64,000 nucleotides of DNA from the human T2T-CHM13v2.0 reference genome, Homo sapiens (GCF_009914755.1 NC_060942.1); one strand, 5' to 3'. Counted from the stretch's first letter, positions 40,040-53,710 are shown. Translations and numbers: made by a program. The notes: generated by a model not told the origin, from the letters alone.

Positions 40040-40156
40040 GTCAAATGCTGCAAATACTGGCCAGATGACACAGAGATATATAAAGACATTAAAGTTACCC
40101 TAATAGAAACAGAACTACTGGCAGAATATGTGATAAGAACATTTGCTGTTGAAAAG
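40040..40156 (+). CDS. PTPRM: PTPRM coding exon, D1 ([39 protein letters not shown])
   Basis: ttttctaaag acceptor, AAG|gtaagt donor; 117 nt, phase 0-0; KCxxYWP motif. Not in the supplied ORF track; found by reading the sequence. Confidence 0.97.
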
Positions 40157-41207
40157 GTAAGTTTTCATACTGCTTTTAAAAGCTATGGTCAGACACTAGT
40201 GGTACCATACTAGCCTCATTAACTTACCTAGGATACTTTACACATGCTCATATCTCAATGCAGGTAGGCTCTATCTGATGGTTTCTCAAGATTGCATCTT
40301 GCTCTCTGATTCTATAACAGCTCAGTTCCATCTTTAAAACAAATCATTCTCATTTCATAAGAATCTATATTTTGCAAGTAAACCAAAAGTTAATGTCTAT
40401 TTGTTTATTTTCTTTCCCTGGTTGATATTGTTCTGCCCGTCTCTCTTTCTTTGTTCACAGAACAAAGTTTGCTAAATTTTGATAAATGTCCTTCCAGTTT
40501 GGTAAATTTCCTTCATGGTGTATGTCGATATGCATTTTCCAGTAGGGAGTTAGTATCAGTGTTGAGACACAGGTCCTAACTCCTCCTGGAATCTCTCACT
40601 TCCTTGTGGCTTTCGAAACCTCTGGTTTAATGTGGACTGATGGATTTTCCAGGTGGAAGTGACCTACCTGGAAACCTAAGTGACTGATCTCCATCAGACA
40701 TGGGACACTCTTGCATGAACCAGCGCATTCATTCATGCTCACTCCCATACTGGTTTTCCCCTTTTGTAGTTGCTGGTGTTGGGTCGGTGAATGTTCTGCT
40801 TTGGTTCTGCCCTGCCTCATCCCATGTGCATGGATGGGGCTTCTTCTCTGGGATGCACTGTAGGGCATAACAGGGAATTTCCTTATTCCCCCTCTTTCTG
40901 CTGACATAGGGAGGGGCCGGAGGTGAAGCAAACTGCAGTCCATCCAGAGAAGTGTCACAGGTAGGCTCTGGGGAAAGTGGAGGTGATGTGGCTGAGGAAC
41001 ACTCTGCCTTCCAAAGATCCACAGACTTTTCTATCCAGAGTTGATTCTCCATAACCGAGCCCTGCACAGCTGCCCTGGACTTAGGGATCTTGGTGTGAAT
41101 TTGTTAGCTTCTACTCATGTAATAGTAGCAGGTCTTCTTGGAAGACCTGGGTTATAGGCAGATTGCTAGGGAATTGGATTTTGGCCTTCCTCTCCACTCT
41201 ATATTCT

Positions 41208-41523
<316 letters not shown>

Positions 41524-42885
41524 TCCACTCTATATTCTCACTGCATCTAAATGCGCTTTTTAGATGAACAAGACCAGTTTTAGGAAATCAAGGAAATTGC
41601 AACATCTGCTTATTGGCTAATTTAGTCTGATGTTTTGAACTACCTTTCCTGGTTTGCAGATCCAAATTTGTCATAGAATCACAAAGCTGGAAAGACTTTA
41701 TTTTAATCTGTTTCTCATACTATTTAGCATTTTTTTTCTTAGCCTGTCTTTTTTAATAAGCAGGCAGAAAGCTTGGAGACTTCAAAGAATGAGGAGTTCT
41801 GGTTGACTCAGTTCTTCAAGTTCTGAACCTCACACTTTGATGTCAATTTTTTCCTTCTTAGGCAGAATTGGAAAAAAAAAAAACACATGGAGGATTTTTG
41901 TATGGCTGTTGGCAAGAGCACTCATGAATAACCGCATTAAAACAGCGATAAAAGACCCTCAATATTTTTTTCTTTAAAAAAAAATCCAAAAGCCATCATT
42001 TAAACATGGAGTTTTTTTGAACAATAGTCAGCTCTCTAATAAGCTGAAAATGCACCTCTGTAGCTAAAGGAAGGGTTTGTTTGTTTCTTTCCTCTTTTTT
42101 TTTAACCTCTTATTGTACTCCCCTGAATTCCCAGCTGCACAGAAATGTGTCTGAAATATCCAGTCATTTTAGTCACTAGACAACCAGTGAAGAGGTGGTG
42201 GAGGGAAGAGAAGGAATAAGGAGCTTGTTAATGCATTTGGGGAAATCAAAATGACACATTAGTGATTTTCTAACCGGGCAATTGGAATCTTTAAGGAAAA
42301 CAAATCATTAGTACTTTTGTAGAGCATTTCTTATAGGTTTTAAACTTTCTCATTAGAAAGGAAAGAAGAGAACAGGTAAGCATGTACTTTGAGATGCCTG
42401 CAATTCTGATTCTATTTTGAGAGCATGTTGCATCGAGGGACCTAAAGGTGAAAGTGGATTAGGGCTCTGCTCTGCAAAACAAGCAGATGCAATGCACTTT
42501 GGAACTCATGAATTCCTGCTTTGCATCTGATTGTTGTCTTTTATTTCCCACATAGCTGATGATTCCAAGCTAAACAGATTTTAAATAATACACAGTACCC
42601 AGAGTGTCAGAAGGAAGACACCCCTGAAGTCTCCATGCATTTAGGCTGTCTGGTGAATCTATCCCTGACTATTCTGGGAGAAACAAAGTTGACAATGGTC
42701 ACTGAATTCTCGCTACCCAGGAGCTGCCTAGGATTCAGAAAGGGCATGAGAAGATGATCCTCCTGTCTCCAAGACAGAACATGTATTATACAAGACAGAA
42801 CATGACTATTCATTTCACAAGTATTTCTTAAGCACCCACTTCAGGCCAGGGACTATTGTATGACTTGGATCAAAATTAAGTGACT

Positions 42886-43051
42886 AACTGGGTGTGGTGG
42901 CTCATGCCTGTTAATCTCAGCACTTTGGGAGACTGAGGCTAAAGGATCGCCTGAGCCCGAGAGTTCAAGACTGCAGTGACCCATGATTGCGCCATTGCAC
43001 TGCAGCCTGGGCAACAGAATGAGACCCTGTCTCGGAAAAAAAAAAAAAAAA
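42886..43051 (+). mobile_element. Alu monomer (FRAM/FAM-like), TSD AAAATTAAGTGACT
   Basis: Single-arm Alu with poly(A); TSDs at 42872-42885 and 43048-43061. Confidence 0.8.
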
Positions 43052-45194
43052 TTAAGTGACTCTCACATTTTTGTATATAACATTAATGCTTGTTATGATG
43101 AAAAACCAGGAAGTAATAGTATCAAATTGGGAGGTATTTGGGCTGTGATAACTGATGACATCTATGATGTTCTTCCCCAAATGTATTACATTCCAAAACA
43201 GAAAAAAGGAGACACTGCTATGTCAATGAACAAGAATGAAAACTGGATCAGAAGCCGTTTCCTTTGCCACTCTTGTCAATAGCAAACATATTCAAGGGTG
43301 GAGGTTTAATTTTGAGAAATGTTTTCTACTTTCCAGAAACTGATATTTACCTTGCTCAGAAAAAGAGTCTTAGATCAGTTAAGAGCTGTAGTTCAGCACT
43401 TGAGGTTGCTGGAACTGAAATCTAACAAAGCTAGAGAGAGAAGCACACCCCATGCTCCCACTCCCCAAAAACCCCACACCCCAAAAACCCACCAGGACAT
43501 GGAGAAAGATATGCCCCTTTTTTCCCCTTTGGAATAAAGTATTTACCGTCAATAAGCTTTCCCAGTTCATATATGGGAATGCATACCACCAAAATGGGAT
43601 CACTCCTATGTGGGTCATCATGCAGAAAGCTGGGGGAGCTTTCTAGGGGTTTTGAGGGTGACACAGCCTCAGCTGTATGTTTTCTAAGGGAGACCATGGC
43701 ACTGGCAAACATTCCCTTGGTTTTAGGGATAAGGAATTTGGGCTCCTAACCACCTAATCATACTACTCTGGGATCACAGAGCCTATTTAGCAGACAACAA
43801 TATTGATTTGCATTTGTGAATCCCCGACTGCTTAATTCCTTATAGCTTAAACTCTAGTAAAGAATGGCATTTTCACAGAGAAGTAAAGCTTCAGCATTTG
43901 TGGGTTATTAAATGAAGACATGTTAACACATGGGTGCCAAGGAAGTCTTATCTCGAAATCTGCAGTTGTTTGCTTTTCTGGTCTTTCAAAGCACATAAAA
44001 ATTCTGAATTTCTTCTTTGCTCACTAAGTATGTGTGAACAATGATTGATGGTGAAAGTGATGAGGTTAATGAGTGTTTACTTTTAAGATACAATAAAACC
44101 AAATGCAGAAATGGTTCAGAAAATGATCATGGAATGAGAGAAGGAAGAAAGTCTAATTTGATCCTAGATGTACATCCAGCGTTGATTCCGGTTTTGTTTT
44201 CAAAACAGTCTTTTGCTTTAAAACACAGTCTTAATATATAGGCTTATACTTAGAAAACAAAATTGACAGGTATAAATTACCTTAATTATTCTCAAAACAA
44301 AAGTAAATTAAAACCAAGAGCAAACCGTAAAGTCTCTTTCTTTCTGCCTTCACTACAGTTGAGTGGCAGGCAGCTCCCCTTCGATTTACTGACCTAGCCT
44401 AGAATTCCAGCAAAAATATCTTTCGATTCCCATAGTATGTATTGGCTTACATGCCTGTTTGCCACAAGCAGACTGTGACAGCCACTCAAAAACATATTTC
44501 TGTAGCCCTAGCACCTCCCATAATGCCTGGGGCAGTGTAGTCACTCAGATTGCTAGCAATTGGATGAATGGGTAAAATATTTACCCACATTAAAAAGAGA
44601 AACCTAACAAACAGAGCTGTAAATGCAAATGAGCTCTCTGACCTGTCTAGTTGGAAAGGTGTCCTCATTCATTCCTACTGCAAGCATCATCTGAGCATGC
44701 TCAGTGAGTGTGCACCACTCCAGTCCCTGCTGTGAGAGGTACCAGGATGCCGGAAAGCCCCAACACGGAGTTGGTATTGAGCACACAGACATCCTTTAAT
44801 TTCTTCAGGCCCCTCTTCTGTGCCTCTTTCTCTACAGACTCTCACCTCACCAGCCACCTTGTGATCTAAGTGAGACAAACCTTTAACATAGTCTACTTTT
44901 TAGAAAGGAATTTCAAACAACCCAACCAATTCATCCATTTGCTGGAATTACACCTAAAAATTAGCATTTTCCCCAAACATCATCCCCCTTTCATACCCAG
45001 ACATCTTCCTAAGGGTACAATGCCTTCCACATTGTGTGTGAGATCTAAGGATGGCCTCTTTCCCCAGCAGTCCACTGTTTCCTGGCCCTAGACTTGCTAC
45101 CTGGGGACTGTTTCCACTCCCCCAGCTATCCCTGCTTATTTGTGGTTTGTTTTCCCTTGTTCTCTTCCTTGTTCTGGCTAACCAACTACTGCAG

Positions 45195-45349
45195 AGAGGT
45201 GTGCATGAAATCCGAGAGATCAGACAGTTTCACTTCACTGGCTGGCCGGATCATGGGGTCCCCTACCATGCCACCGGCCTGCTGGGATTCGTGCGGCAAG
45301 TCAAGTCCAAGAGCCCGCCCAGTGCAGGCCCACTGGTGGTGCACTGCAG
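45195..45349 (+). CDS. PTPRM: PTPRM coding exon, D1 WPD loop to catalytic Cys (RGVHEIRE...WPDHGVP...GPLVVHC)
   Basis: ctgcag acceptor, CAG|gtaagc donor; 155 nt; [10 protein letters not shown] and VHC motifs. Confidence 0.98.
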
Positions 45350-45404
45350 GTAAGCAGAGCTCCAGAGCCTCTTGAAGGAAACGCAGTGGGTGATGGGTGC
45401 AGGG

Positions 45405-45553
45405 CCACCTTTGGGGATGATGAGTATGTTTTAGAACTTCAGAGGGGTGATGATTGCACAACATTTTGGGAGCACTAAATGCCACTGGAGTGTACCTTTT
45501 AAGAGGTTTAATTTTATATTATGTAAATTTCACCTCGATAAAAAATTTAAAAA
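45405..45553 (+). mobile_element. L1M (L1MB-like) 3' end fragment in the 261-bp intron splitting the D1 HCS codon
   Basis: gattgcacaacatt...aaatgccactg...attttatattatgtaaatttcacctc + A-tail. Confidence 0.7.
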
Positions 45554-45610
45554 GCAGCAGCAGCAGTGTGGTCCTTCTTCCTCCACTGACAGACCCCCCT
45601 TTTCATTCAG

Positions 45611-45746
45611 TGCTGGTGCAGGGAGGACTGGCTGTTTCATCGTCATTGATATCATGTTGGACATGGCCGAAAGGGAAGGGGTCGTAGACATCTACAACTG
45701 CGTCAGGGAGCTGCGGTCACGGAGGGTGAACATGGTGCAAACAGAG
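45611..45746 (+). CDS. PTPRM: PTPRM coding exon, D1 P-loop and start of Q-loop ((S)AGAGRTG...RVNMVQTE)
   Basis: ttttcattcag acceptor, GAG|gtactc donor; 136 nt; completes [10 protein letters not shown]. Confidence 0.97.
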
Positions 45747-47413
45747 GTACTCCCGCTCATCACCTAGCCTGGGGCCTTGGTCCCTGGGCTCCCTCCTGCA
45801 TCTCCCCATTTCAGGGCCAAGGGCACAAGGAATCCAGGCAATTATCTGTTCAAGTGATCTACCTGGCATTCCCTGTTCCTTCCCTCCCTCCCTCCCTTCC
45901 CCCTTTTTGTTTTTCCTCTCATAAACAAACCAAACAAACCCAGGAGTTTTCCAGGTAACAGAATCAAGAGCCCAAATTTGCACACTTTTCTGTATTAAGG
46001 GACCCAAAAAAGTCTCTGTTAAGTGCTCAGACTTTCAATACCATTTCCTTTTATTATCTCTTTTAAACTAGCTGGTAACCAGAGCAAGACCGCTCCTGAG
46101 AATAGTGGCTGAAGGGTTATCTCTGTGCACTTTGTTCTTCTCCCAGGGTCCTGGGAAGAACAGAAGCCTCCTGACCCTAAAAATTCTGCCCAGTGTCTGG
46201 CGTCCTGGGGATTTGCCCATTTTGTGAAGTACTGTATACTAACTAGTAACTCTGTAAGTGGAAATTCAAGGTATATCGGGAATTTCCATTTTTTCAGAAG
46301 CAATGTTACATCCTGCTCTTAGGACATTCGTATTTTTACTCATATTTGATTGTTTTAAGTAGGCGTCACACCGACCACCTGGAAAATGATTCATGAAGTG
46401 AAGTGAAGAAGAAGTAAGAATCCCTTACATTTAGATGGTGCATTTAAGTTTATGAAAGCCTCTGGGAAACCTAATCCCATTTTTTTAGCTAACATAAAAA
46501 TAACAGAAACTTTAAATGCTGCTTTCATGGGTTCTTTTCCTTAGAAAGGGGATACTGTGTTTGAAAGATAATAATCGTAATAATTTATCTTTTAATGTAC
46601 TTTATAGTCAATCAAATGTTGCCACTCGCATTTCTCACTTGGATCTTCCATTTTCAGGTGTTGTTTACTGGTAGTGTGCTGTTTTTGGGAATCAATCTGT
46701 TGGACAAGAGGTTGTTGAAAAAAAATAATTAAAGGTCATATTTATGTATAGAAAAAACCGAATTAACTGTAATAAGAGGCTTTTTAAACTTCCCATATAA
46801 CTAAAGATTAATAATAAATATGATAAGACTCTACCAATGAATTTTAAGAAAAGTCAGTGCCAAATCAGAATTAGAGGCCCCATATTTACACTGTGAACTC
46901 ATTGAAGATATATATGAGAACAGCTCTCTGTACTTCTAAGAGGTTTCATAATCATATTAACTTTTATGTTCTGAAATAAGAACTTCTAAGTACTTTTATG
47001 TTTTGAATTAAGAACTTCCAGACTTCTTGTCTTCACAGTAATGCCAAGTTTTTCTGGACCTTCTTTGCACTATTATTTTGACCAGCAAATCCTACCATAG
47101 ACAAAATTCTGCTCATTCCTCATGTGAAATACTGAGTTCCAAGTGAGTAGGATCAGAATGACAGAGGTCTTCAGCCACAGTTTTCATGGTGCTGCAGTGC
47201 GTGTGGTGGTTTGTATTGGGTCCGATTGGTTTTAATCAATCTGTGTAATATTTGGCATTGCACCCCAGTCTCCTAGCACTTGAGCCCTTGGACCGTGTTT
47301 CTCTCTGGAGGAACTGTCTCCACTCTCTTGATGATGTGGGGCTAAAATTGATACCGTCTTTCCTCCTTCTCTGGTTCTCTAAAGTTAGTAACTCGTTCCA
47401 TCTCCTTCTCCAG

Positions 47414-47563
47414 GAGCAGTATGTGTTTATCCACGATGCGATCCTGGAAGCCTGTCTTTGTGGGGACACCTCTGTGCCTGCTTCCCAAGTTAGGTCTCTG
47501 TATTATGACATGAACAAACTGGATCCACAGACAAACTCAAGCCAGATTAAAGAGGAATTCCGG
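47414..47563 (+). CDS. PTPRM: PTPRM coding exon, end of D1 and D1-D2 linker ([19 protein letters not shown]...IKEEFR)
   Basis: ctccttctccag acceptor, CGG|gtaagt donor; 150 nt in frame. Confidence 0.97.
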
Positions 47564-47729
47564 GTAAGTGATGCCTAAGGGAGGGGCACTGCACGGTGAC
47601 TTGCTCCTCAAGAAGGATTTCAAGGTCAGCACCTGAGTGAGCCCTTGAATCACAAGGTTCCTTGGCCTCCATAGCACTGTTCGTATTCAGGGCTGGGTAA
47701 CCCAGAGCTCTACCCAGGAGACGTCTATG

Positions 47730-47812
47730 GTATCACCACCACACAAAAATGTGTGTAGACATTGCCAGGTGTCCCCCTGGGGGACAGAAATACCTGGTTG
47801 AGAACCACTGGT
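47730..47812. mobile_element. MER20-like DNA transposon fragment
   Basis: caaaaatgtgtgtagacattgccaggtgtccccctggggg...ggttgagaaccactg. Confidence 0.7.
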
Positions 47813-48315
47813 CTAACAACCATTTCCACTCCTTCCCTCTGAAGGCAGACATGGACTAGTCCCCAACACCATGGCTCCTTGTCCACAGCATAACCATGGC
47901 ACAGTTACACCATGGAAGTGTGTGTTCAGACTTTCCAACCAAGAGCTCTCCATTGTATTCCTCACATATGCATTTTGTCCAGATGTACCCGAGTCAAGGC
48001 CAGACTCTTCCCCCACCTCTGACCTCCCAAATCCCCAGGTGCCTCACTCCACTGGGACTTGAGGGCTCTTAATTCTAGGGACCCACAGTGGCCCTTACGC
48101 CTCTGCCTCTGGCCCCTGTGTCTGATGGGCACTGTCAGTGGACGAAATCCAAGGAGCAAAAGAAAGAAAACTCGAACTATGGTGGGTTGGGGAGGGAGGG
48201 GGAAGGGACCGTCTTGCAGTCAGCCACAGGAAGTTTGCATCTTTCGAAAACTGCACGTGAGAGGAGTCCGCTGCCAAGGCTTCTTGTCCTCATGTTCCTT
48301 TCTTTTCTCACGCAG

Positions 48316-48489
48316 ACGCTAAACATGGTGACACCAACGCTGCGAGTAGAGGACTGCAGCATCGCACTGTTGCCCCGGAACCATGAGAAAAACCGGTGCA
48401 TGGACATCCTGCCCCCAGACCGCTGCCTGCCCTTCCTCATCACCATCGATGGGGAGAGCAGCAACTACATCAATGCTGCCCTCATGGAC
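48316..48489 (+). CDS. PTPRM: PTPRM coding exon, D2 start (TLNMVTP...[11 protein letters not shown]...NYINAALMD)
   Basis: ttttctcacgcag acceptor, GAC|gtgagt donor; 174 nt; KNRx and YINA motifs. Confidence 0.97.
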
Positions 48490-49444
48490 GTGAGTGCCCC
48501 GCTTCCCGCACGGGTCCGAGGCTGGGGTGTTTGGGGAGACTGCAGAACAGGCTTGGGTCTTCCCCATTCTGCTCACCAGCCCTTTTGTTTTTTAAGACAC
48601 AAACTTTTTTTTCCAACAAAAAATAGATTTCAGATTCCACGTATGTTTTTGTGTCGGGGCTGATATCCTTCGTTTCTCAAAGACCACCAGGCCAGGAGTA
48701 TCCGTAAATGCAGCATGGCACAGTTGCCCTCTGAGAGCTGAGACTTTTAACCTGCTGGCTGGGGAACAGGGGACACCATGGCAGGAAAATGGGTTAATAG
48801 GTTTGCAGCATTATTTTAGTTCATTTTCCTGTAATTTAGCCTGCAGTTAACATAGGGGAAAGTTCAACTCATTACTTCCTGCCAGTCTGTTTTCTTATTG
48901 CTATTCCGTTGATGCAAAGAGTGAATGGGTATGTTCTGTGCTAACACGGAAATTTTAATTCTGTTGGTGTCATATCATAAAAGGTACCTGAACTTTTTTG
49001 AAGCTCTTCAGAGCTGTAAAAAAAAAGTACATGTATTCTTTACGGCAGAAATAAGAACACTGTCACACATACAAATTGCTAGCAAACAAGTTTTAGAAAA
49101 AGCAGAACTTTTAATTATGTGTAATTTTAAAAGTAAAGTTAAATTTTCTCCATCAAGATAATTATGTATAGATTCGATATTGCCTCTCTACCAGAAATAT
49201 TTTAAAAATTGATAAGAGATACTAATTAAGTTTTCTTGGTATCAAAGTAAGACTTTTATCACTATTATTCTGCAGAGAAGTTTATATTTAGTCTATGTTG
49301 GTGCTGACAATGGTGACAGAATTCAACAGCTGTTAAACATGTTCAGTGTTTTGTGCCACAAGCTTCCTTCTGCATGAAATAACCTAGCTTCTTCTCTTCC
49401 CATTTTCCTGAGTATATTTGGAGCATTCTTGTTTGTGTTTGCAG

Positions 49445-49576
49445 AGCTATAAACAGCCTTCAGCTTTTATAGTCACCCAGCATCCTTTGCCAAACACAGT
49501 GAAAGACTTTTGGAGACTGGTCCTGGATTATCACTGCACATCCGTAGTTATGCTAAATGATGTGGATCCTGCCCAG
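49445..49576 (+). CDS. PTPRM: PTPRM coding exon, D2 ([26 protein letters not shown]...DPAQ)
   Basis: tgtttgcag acceptor, CAG|gtgaga donor; 132 nt. Confidence 0.97.
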
Positions 49577-52166
49577 GTGAGACCCGGACTTCTTACAGTC
49601 AGAACTAGTGCCAGGGGGTCAAGTTTGTTTTTACACTGAGTTTGTTTGCACCCGAGAAGTGCAGGCCCTAGTGCCAGATCTCAAGTGCCAGTTGAAGTTG
49701 AGAACTGGGGATGCTGAACACAACGGTTAAAAATCAGGCGGAATTAGGGGTTAGAAAGTCAGTTGAAACCAGAAATACAGGCTGAAATCATAGATGGTTG
49801 AGGTGACAGGGCAAGACACGGCCAGAAGTTGAGCTGTTCCTAAAAGATGGAAATACTCACTGGAGGTTGACAAGGTCGCAGACCGAGTTGGAGCTCAGCA
49901 GGAACCTGAACATCGCAGAGCCAAAGCAGAATGAGCAAACCAGAGGACAGTGGAGAAGGGAAGATAGCGTTTGACCCAGCCCAGATCCCATTCCTGGAGT
50001 GACTGTGTGCTTCCTGGCACAGCTCACCGGGAGCCTACAGGTAGAGATCGTCATGCAGGGCAGGTAGAGATTGTCATGCAGGGTGACAGTGTCGGGGTGA
50101 CAGCAGAGACAGGCAAGCAATTTTAAGGCACAGCAATTAGTTTTCTCAATGCTTTAGTAAAGATATTAAAAAGAAATAATACTGGGACTTGGAGATAAGA
50201 GAAGTTTGGAATGATAAATGGGGCTTTTGCATAGTTACTCTTAAACATTAAAGAGAAAGAATTGGACAGTGATGACTCAATGTTAGTAATGGAGTTAGAC
50301 ACATTTTCTTGAAGCAGGTTGTCAGGCAAGCATTAGCACAGTGGTCCTTTAGGAGATGAATTTATTGCTTTGGGATGTGCCTATACCAATCATAGACAAC
50401 CACCATGACAGTAGGCATTATGGGAAGTTTGACCTTAGCGTGTTTTAAGAAAAAACTTGTTCTGGAAATGAATTAATTTCCTGTCCAGTAGACACAAATT
50501 CTTTTTCTTAAAAAAAAAAAAAAAAAAAGTCTGAAGCATTTCGGCATCCCAACTGGACATGATGGCAAGATTTTTCCTTCCTACAATCTGTTTTCTTGCC
50601 ATCATCCAGCCATAAATGGCATGGACATTCAATTCAGTTCTATAAGGTTTTTAATTATGTCTGAGGCACTGCATTATATTGTCAAAGCTCTTGCCTGAAA
50701 GCTGGTTAATGAAATAGTAATGATAATCTTTGTTCTTATCCAGTCCTTTTGGCTTAAGAAGCTTAAATATTTTAAAACTCTTCCCCACTGATGCTCTGAG
50801 AAGGTTAGCTTACAGTCATTTATAAAGACAAGCAGACACCACGGCTTGTGAAGCTTCAAAGACCCAACTCAAAATAGAACCAAGGGTCCTGATTTTCTCA
50901 CTTACAGTGGCACGGCCGAAATTTCACTAATTCTAGAGTCTTAAGTTGCAGACACTTATAGAATAAGGGACTTCTTCCTTATTTAGAATCATGATGGTTT
51001 TTTTCTTAATGTGAATCCTGAAATGTGGAGATATTTTTGTTCATATTAGTGAACAAGACATCAGTGATTCTAGTGCATTCTTTTTGAAAAACTGCATTGG
51101 AATTCTAAAGCCGCATTCTAAACCCGAACTATCTGGACTCAAACCAAGCCTTGGCTGGCTCATGGGTAGGAGAGACAAAAAGACTCCAGTTCTATTCAGC
51201 AGACAGAGCTGATTTTCAGAGTGAGAGAAAAGAGGCTCCTGGGATTCAGTCTTTTAGCGAACACTAAACTGAGCATTTGAATGTAAAGGCTTTGCAATTC
51301 TACAAGAATAGCACTCAACTATTTTAAGTATTTATAGGTCCGGTTCACGGACGTGTTATGCACCATTTAAGCCATTTTCTACATGGTTTACTTGGGCAGA
51401 GCATAGAATGCAATGTGCCAAGAGGCAAGTGCAACCCACGTCACTCATATTTCTTTGGTGTAAGTGGCAAGCTTTTGGTCAGGAGCTTGAACTGAGAAAG
51501 CAAGCAGAAAGCAGAGTAAGCTCAGGCAGTAGAAAAATGGGCAGAACGGTTCAGATGTACATGTTACAGCTTTTATTAACATCTCGGCTTCCCATCATAA
51601 TGCCTATTAATTTCAACAGTGGGTACACTTTGGGCATCAAAAAGAACATAAACATCACATGCTATTATTTGACAAGGCAGTTTTATAACTTGTCACCAGG
51701 AAGTGCTGGTGAGGAAGGAAATATTTCACGGAAGCATTATTTAAAAATAAATAAATGTAATTTTTAAAATACTGTCAGCATAGCTAACATAAAAGGCACC
51801 CTTGGTTACCCTACTTTCATTCTTACTTATAAAATCCCAACCTTAACTGTTCTGTGATGGAGAGAGAGATACTGCTGTTTTGATTGGCCCACTGCTAACT
51901 GAAAACTATCCTGCAATCTTGGGTATAAATCAACCTTAGCAACCTTTGACAATGAGATTTTAGATCCTTTGGAAAACAGAAGTCATCTAGAAATTCAGCC
52001 AGTGGATCCTCCTTTCCTGACACATCATTCTGCATAAAATTAGGTGATTGTCTTCCTCTGCTCTTGGCCCAGGATAGAAACAGGTTGTATAATAAAGTAG
52101 TTCTCCCCTTGCCTTTCCATAGGCCACCTGTCCCTCAGCTAAATCAGAAAGATAAAAGTTAGATGC

Positions 52167-52444
52167 GGCCAGGCGCAGTGGCTCACACCAGTAATCCCAG
52201 CACTTTGGGAGGCCGAGGCGGGTGGATCATGAGGTCAAGAGATCGAGACCATCCTGGCCAACATGGTGAAACCCCCTCTCCACTAAAAATACAAAAATTA
52301 GCCGGGCGTGGTGGCGCATGCCTGTAGTCCCTACTACTCAGGAGGCCAAGGCAAAAGAATCGCTTGAACCCGGGGGGCGGAGTTTGTGGTGAGCCGAGAT
52401 CACACCACTGCACTCCAACCTGGCGACAGAACGAGCTTCTGCCT

Positions 52445-52480
<36 letters not shown>
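52167..52480 (+). mobile_element. Alu (AluSc-like) with pure A35 tail
   Basis: Full dimer; TSD AAAAG(T/G)TAGATGC. Confidence 0.92.
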
Positions 52481-52482
<2 letters not shown>

Positions 52483-53334
52483 TAGATGCTACTCAAAAAA
52501 AAGTTATAGGAATAAGAAGTCCCAAAGGAAGAGTAATTTCAAACTTTAAATGCCTGTTAAGGTTTCGGGGCTTTGAGAAGGGTTTTTGAAGAAAAAAATC
52601 TTAGCAGTTCTTCCTTCCTGACTATTTCCAAGGGTAGGAATTTTGTGGGGTGCTGGCTAATAAGCACCTTCATAAGCCACCATGCCCAGCACCACTCCTA
52701 CTGCCCTGAGTTGTGCATTTACATTCATGCAAATGTTTTAGTTACTCAGTATCAACAATACCTAGAGTTTGAGGCTGTAGGAAATTGCTTTTTTAATTAG
52801 GCCACTTCCAGGCAGAACAGCAAAGCATTTATTCTTATTACAGCAGATTTGCTAGATCTGAGCTGCAAGGGTTTGGACTGGAACATAAAAATGCAACCCA
52901 ACAATGTTATCAGTTCCAAACCTTGTCACAAAATAGCCTTATTCCCAATAGTGGTTATAAATCCACATGCAATCCCAGCCAGCAGAGCGTGGAGATCTGG
53001 GCATTAAGAGTTGTATAGCCATCTTGAGTACCTTACATCCTGGGGTGGCACCTAGTGCCTCTCCCCGGGGCCTGATGAGAGTTCCCTTCACCATGCAAAA
53101 GGGGACATGGCGACTGCCATCCACATGACCTCGTTGGAAAGCAGAATTACTCATGGCTTAAAAGGTGCTTTCTGAGAAAATGAAGGAAAAAGTCCCAGGA
53201 AAAGGACAGGTGGAGTTGAGGAATCAGCCAGCAAGGAAGTCCAAAAGCCTACATTGCTGGGAGGAAAAGAGAAAGAAAAGAAAACAAAGGGAGTCAGTGA
53301 AATCTTCAGAATTCCTGAATGATGTCTCCAAACA

Positions 53335-53618
53335 CAGCATCCCACATCCGTAATCCCAGCAATTTGGGAGGCTGAGGCAGGAGGATCACTGGAGAAGAGG
53401 GCTTCAAGACCAGCCTGGGCAACATAGCGAGATCCCTGTGTCTCCAAAAATACAAAAATTAGCCAGGCATGGTAGCACACACCTGTGGCCCCAGCTACTT
53501 GAGAGGTTTAGGTGCAAGGGTTGCTTGAGCCCAGGAGCTCAAGGCTGCAGTGAGCCATGATCGCACCACTGCACTCTAGCTGGGGAGACAGAGCAAGACC
53601 CTATCTCTTAAAAAAAAA
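53335..53618 (+). mobile_element. Alu (AluJ-like)
   Basis: Diverged dimer ending ~90 nt upstream of exon 53711. Confidence 0.85.
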
Positions 53619-53710
53619 GGATTACTGAGTGTCAATACTAACCTTATCCAAACTGTTAGGAGTAAATTTCCTCTTATAACTAACCTTGTGTTTATATGTT
53701 TTGAATTCAG

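Noticed and set aside
42238-42253. Further GGAAATCAAA-like matches to the repeat core (also ~55437 and ~56772)
   Set aside because: Only ~10-nt matches without colinear flanks; expected by chance, and two lie in repeats
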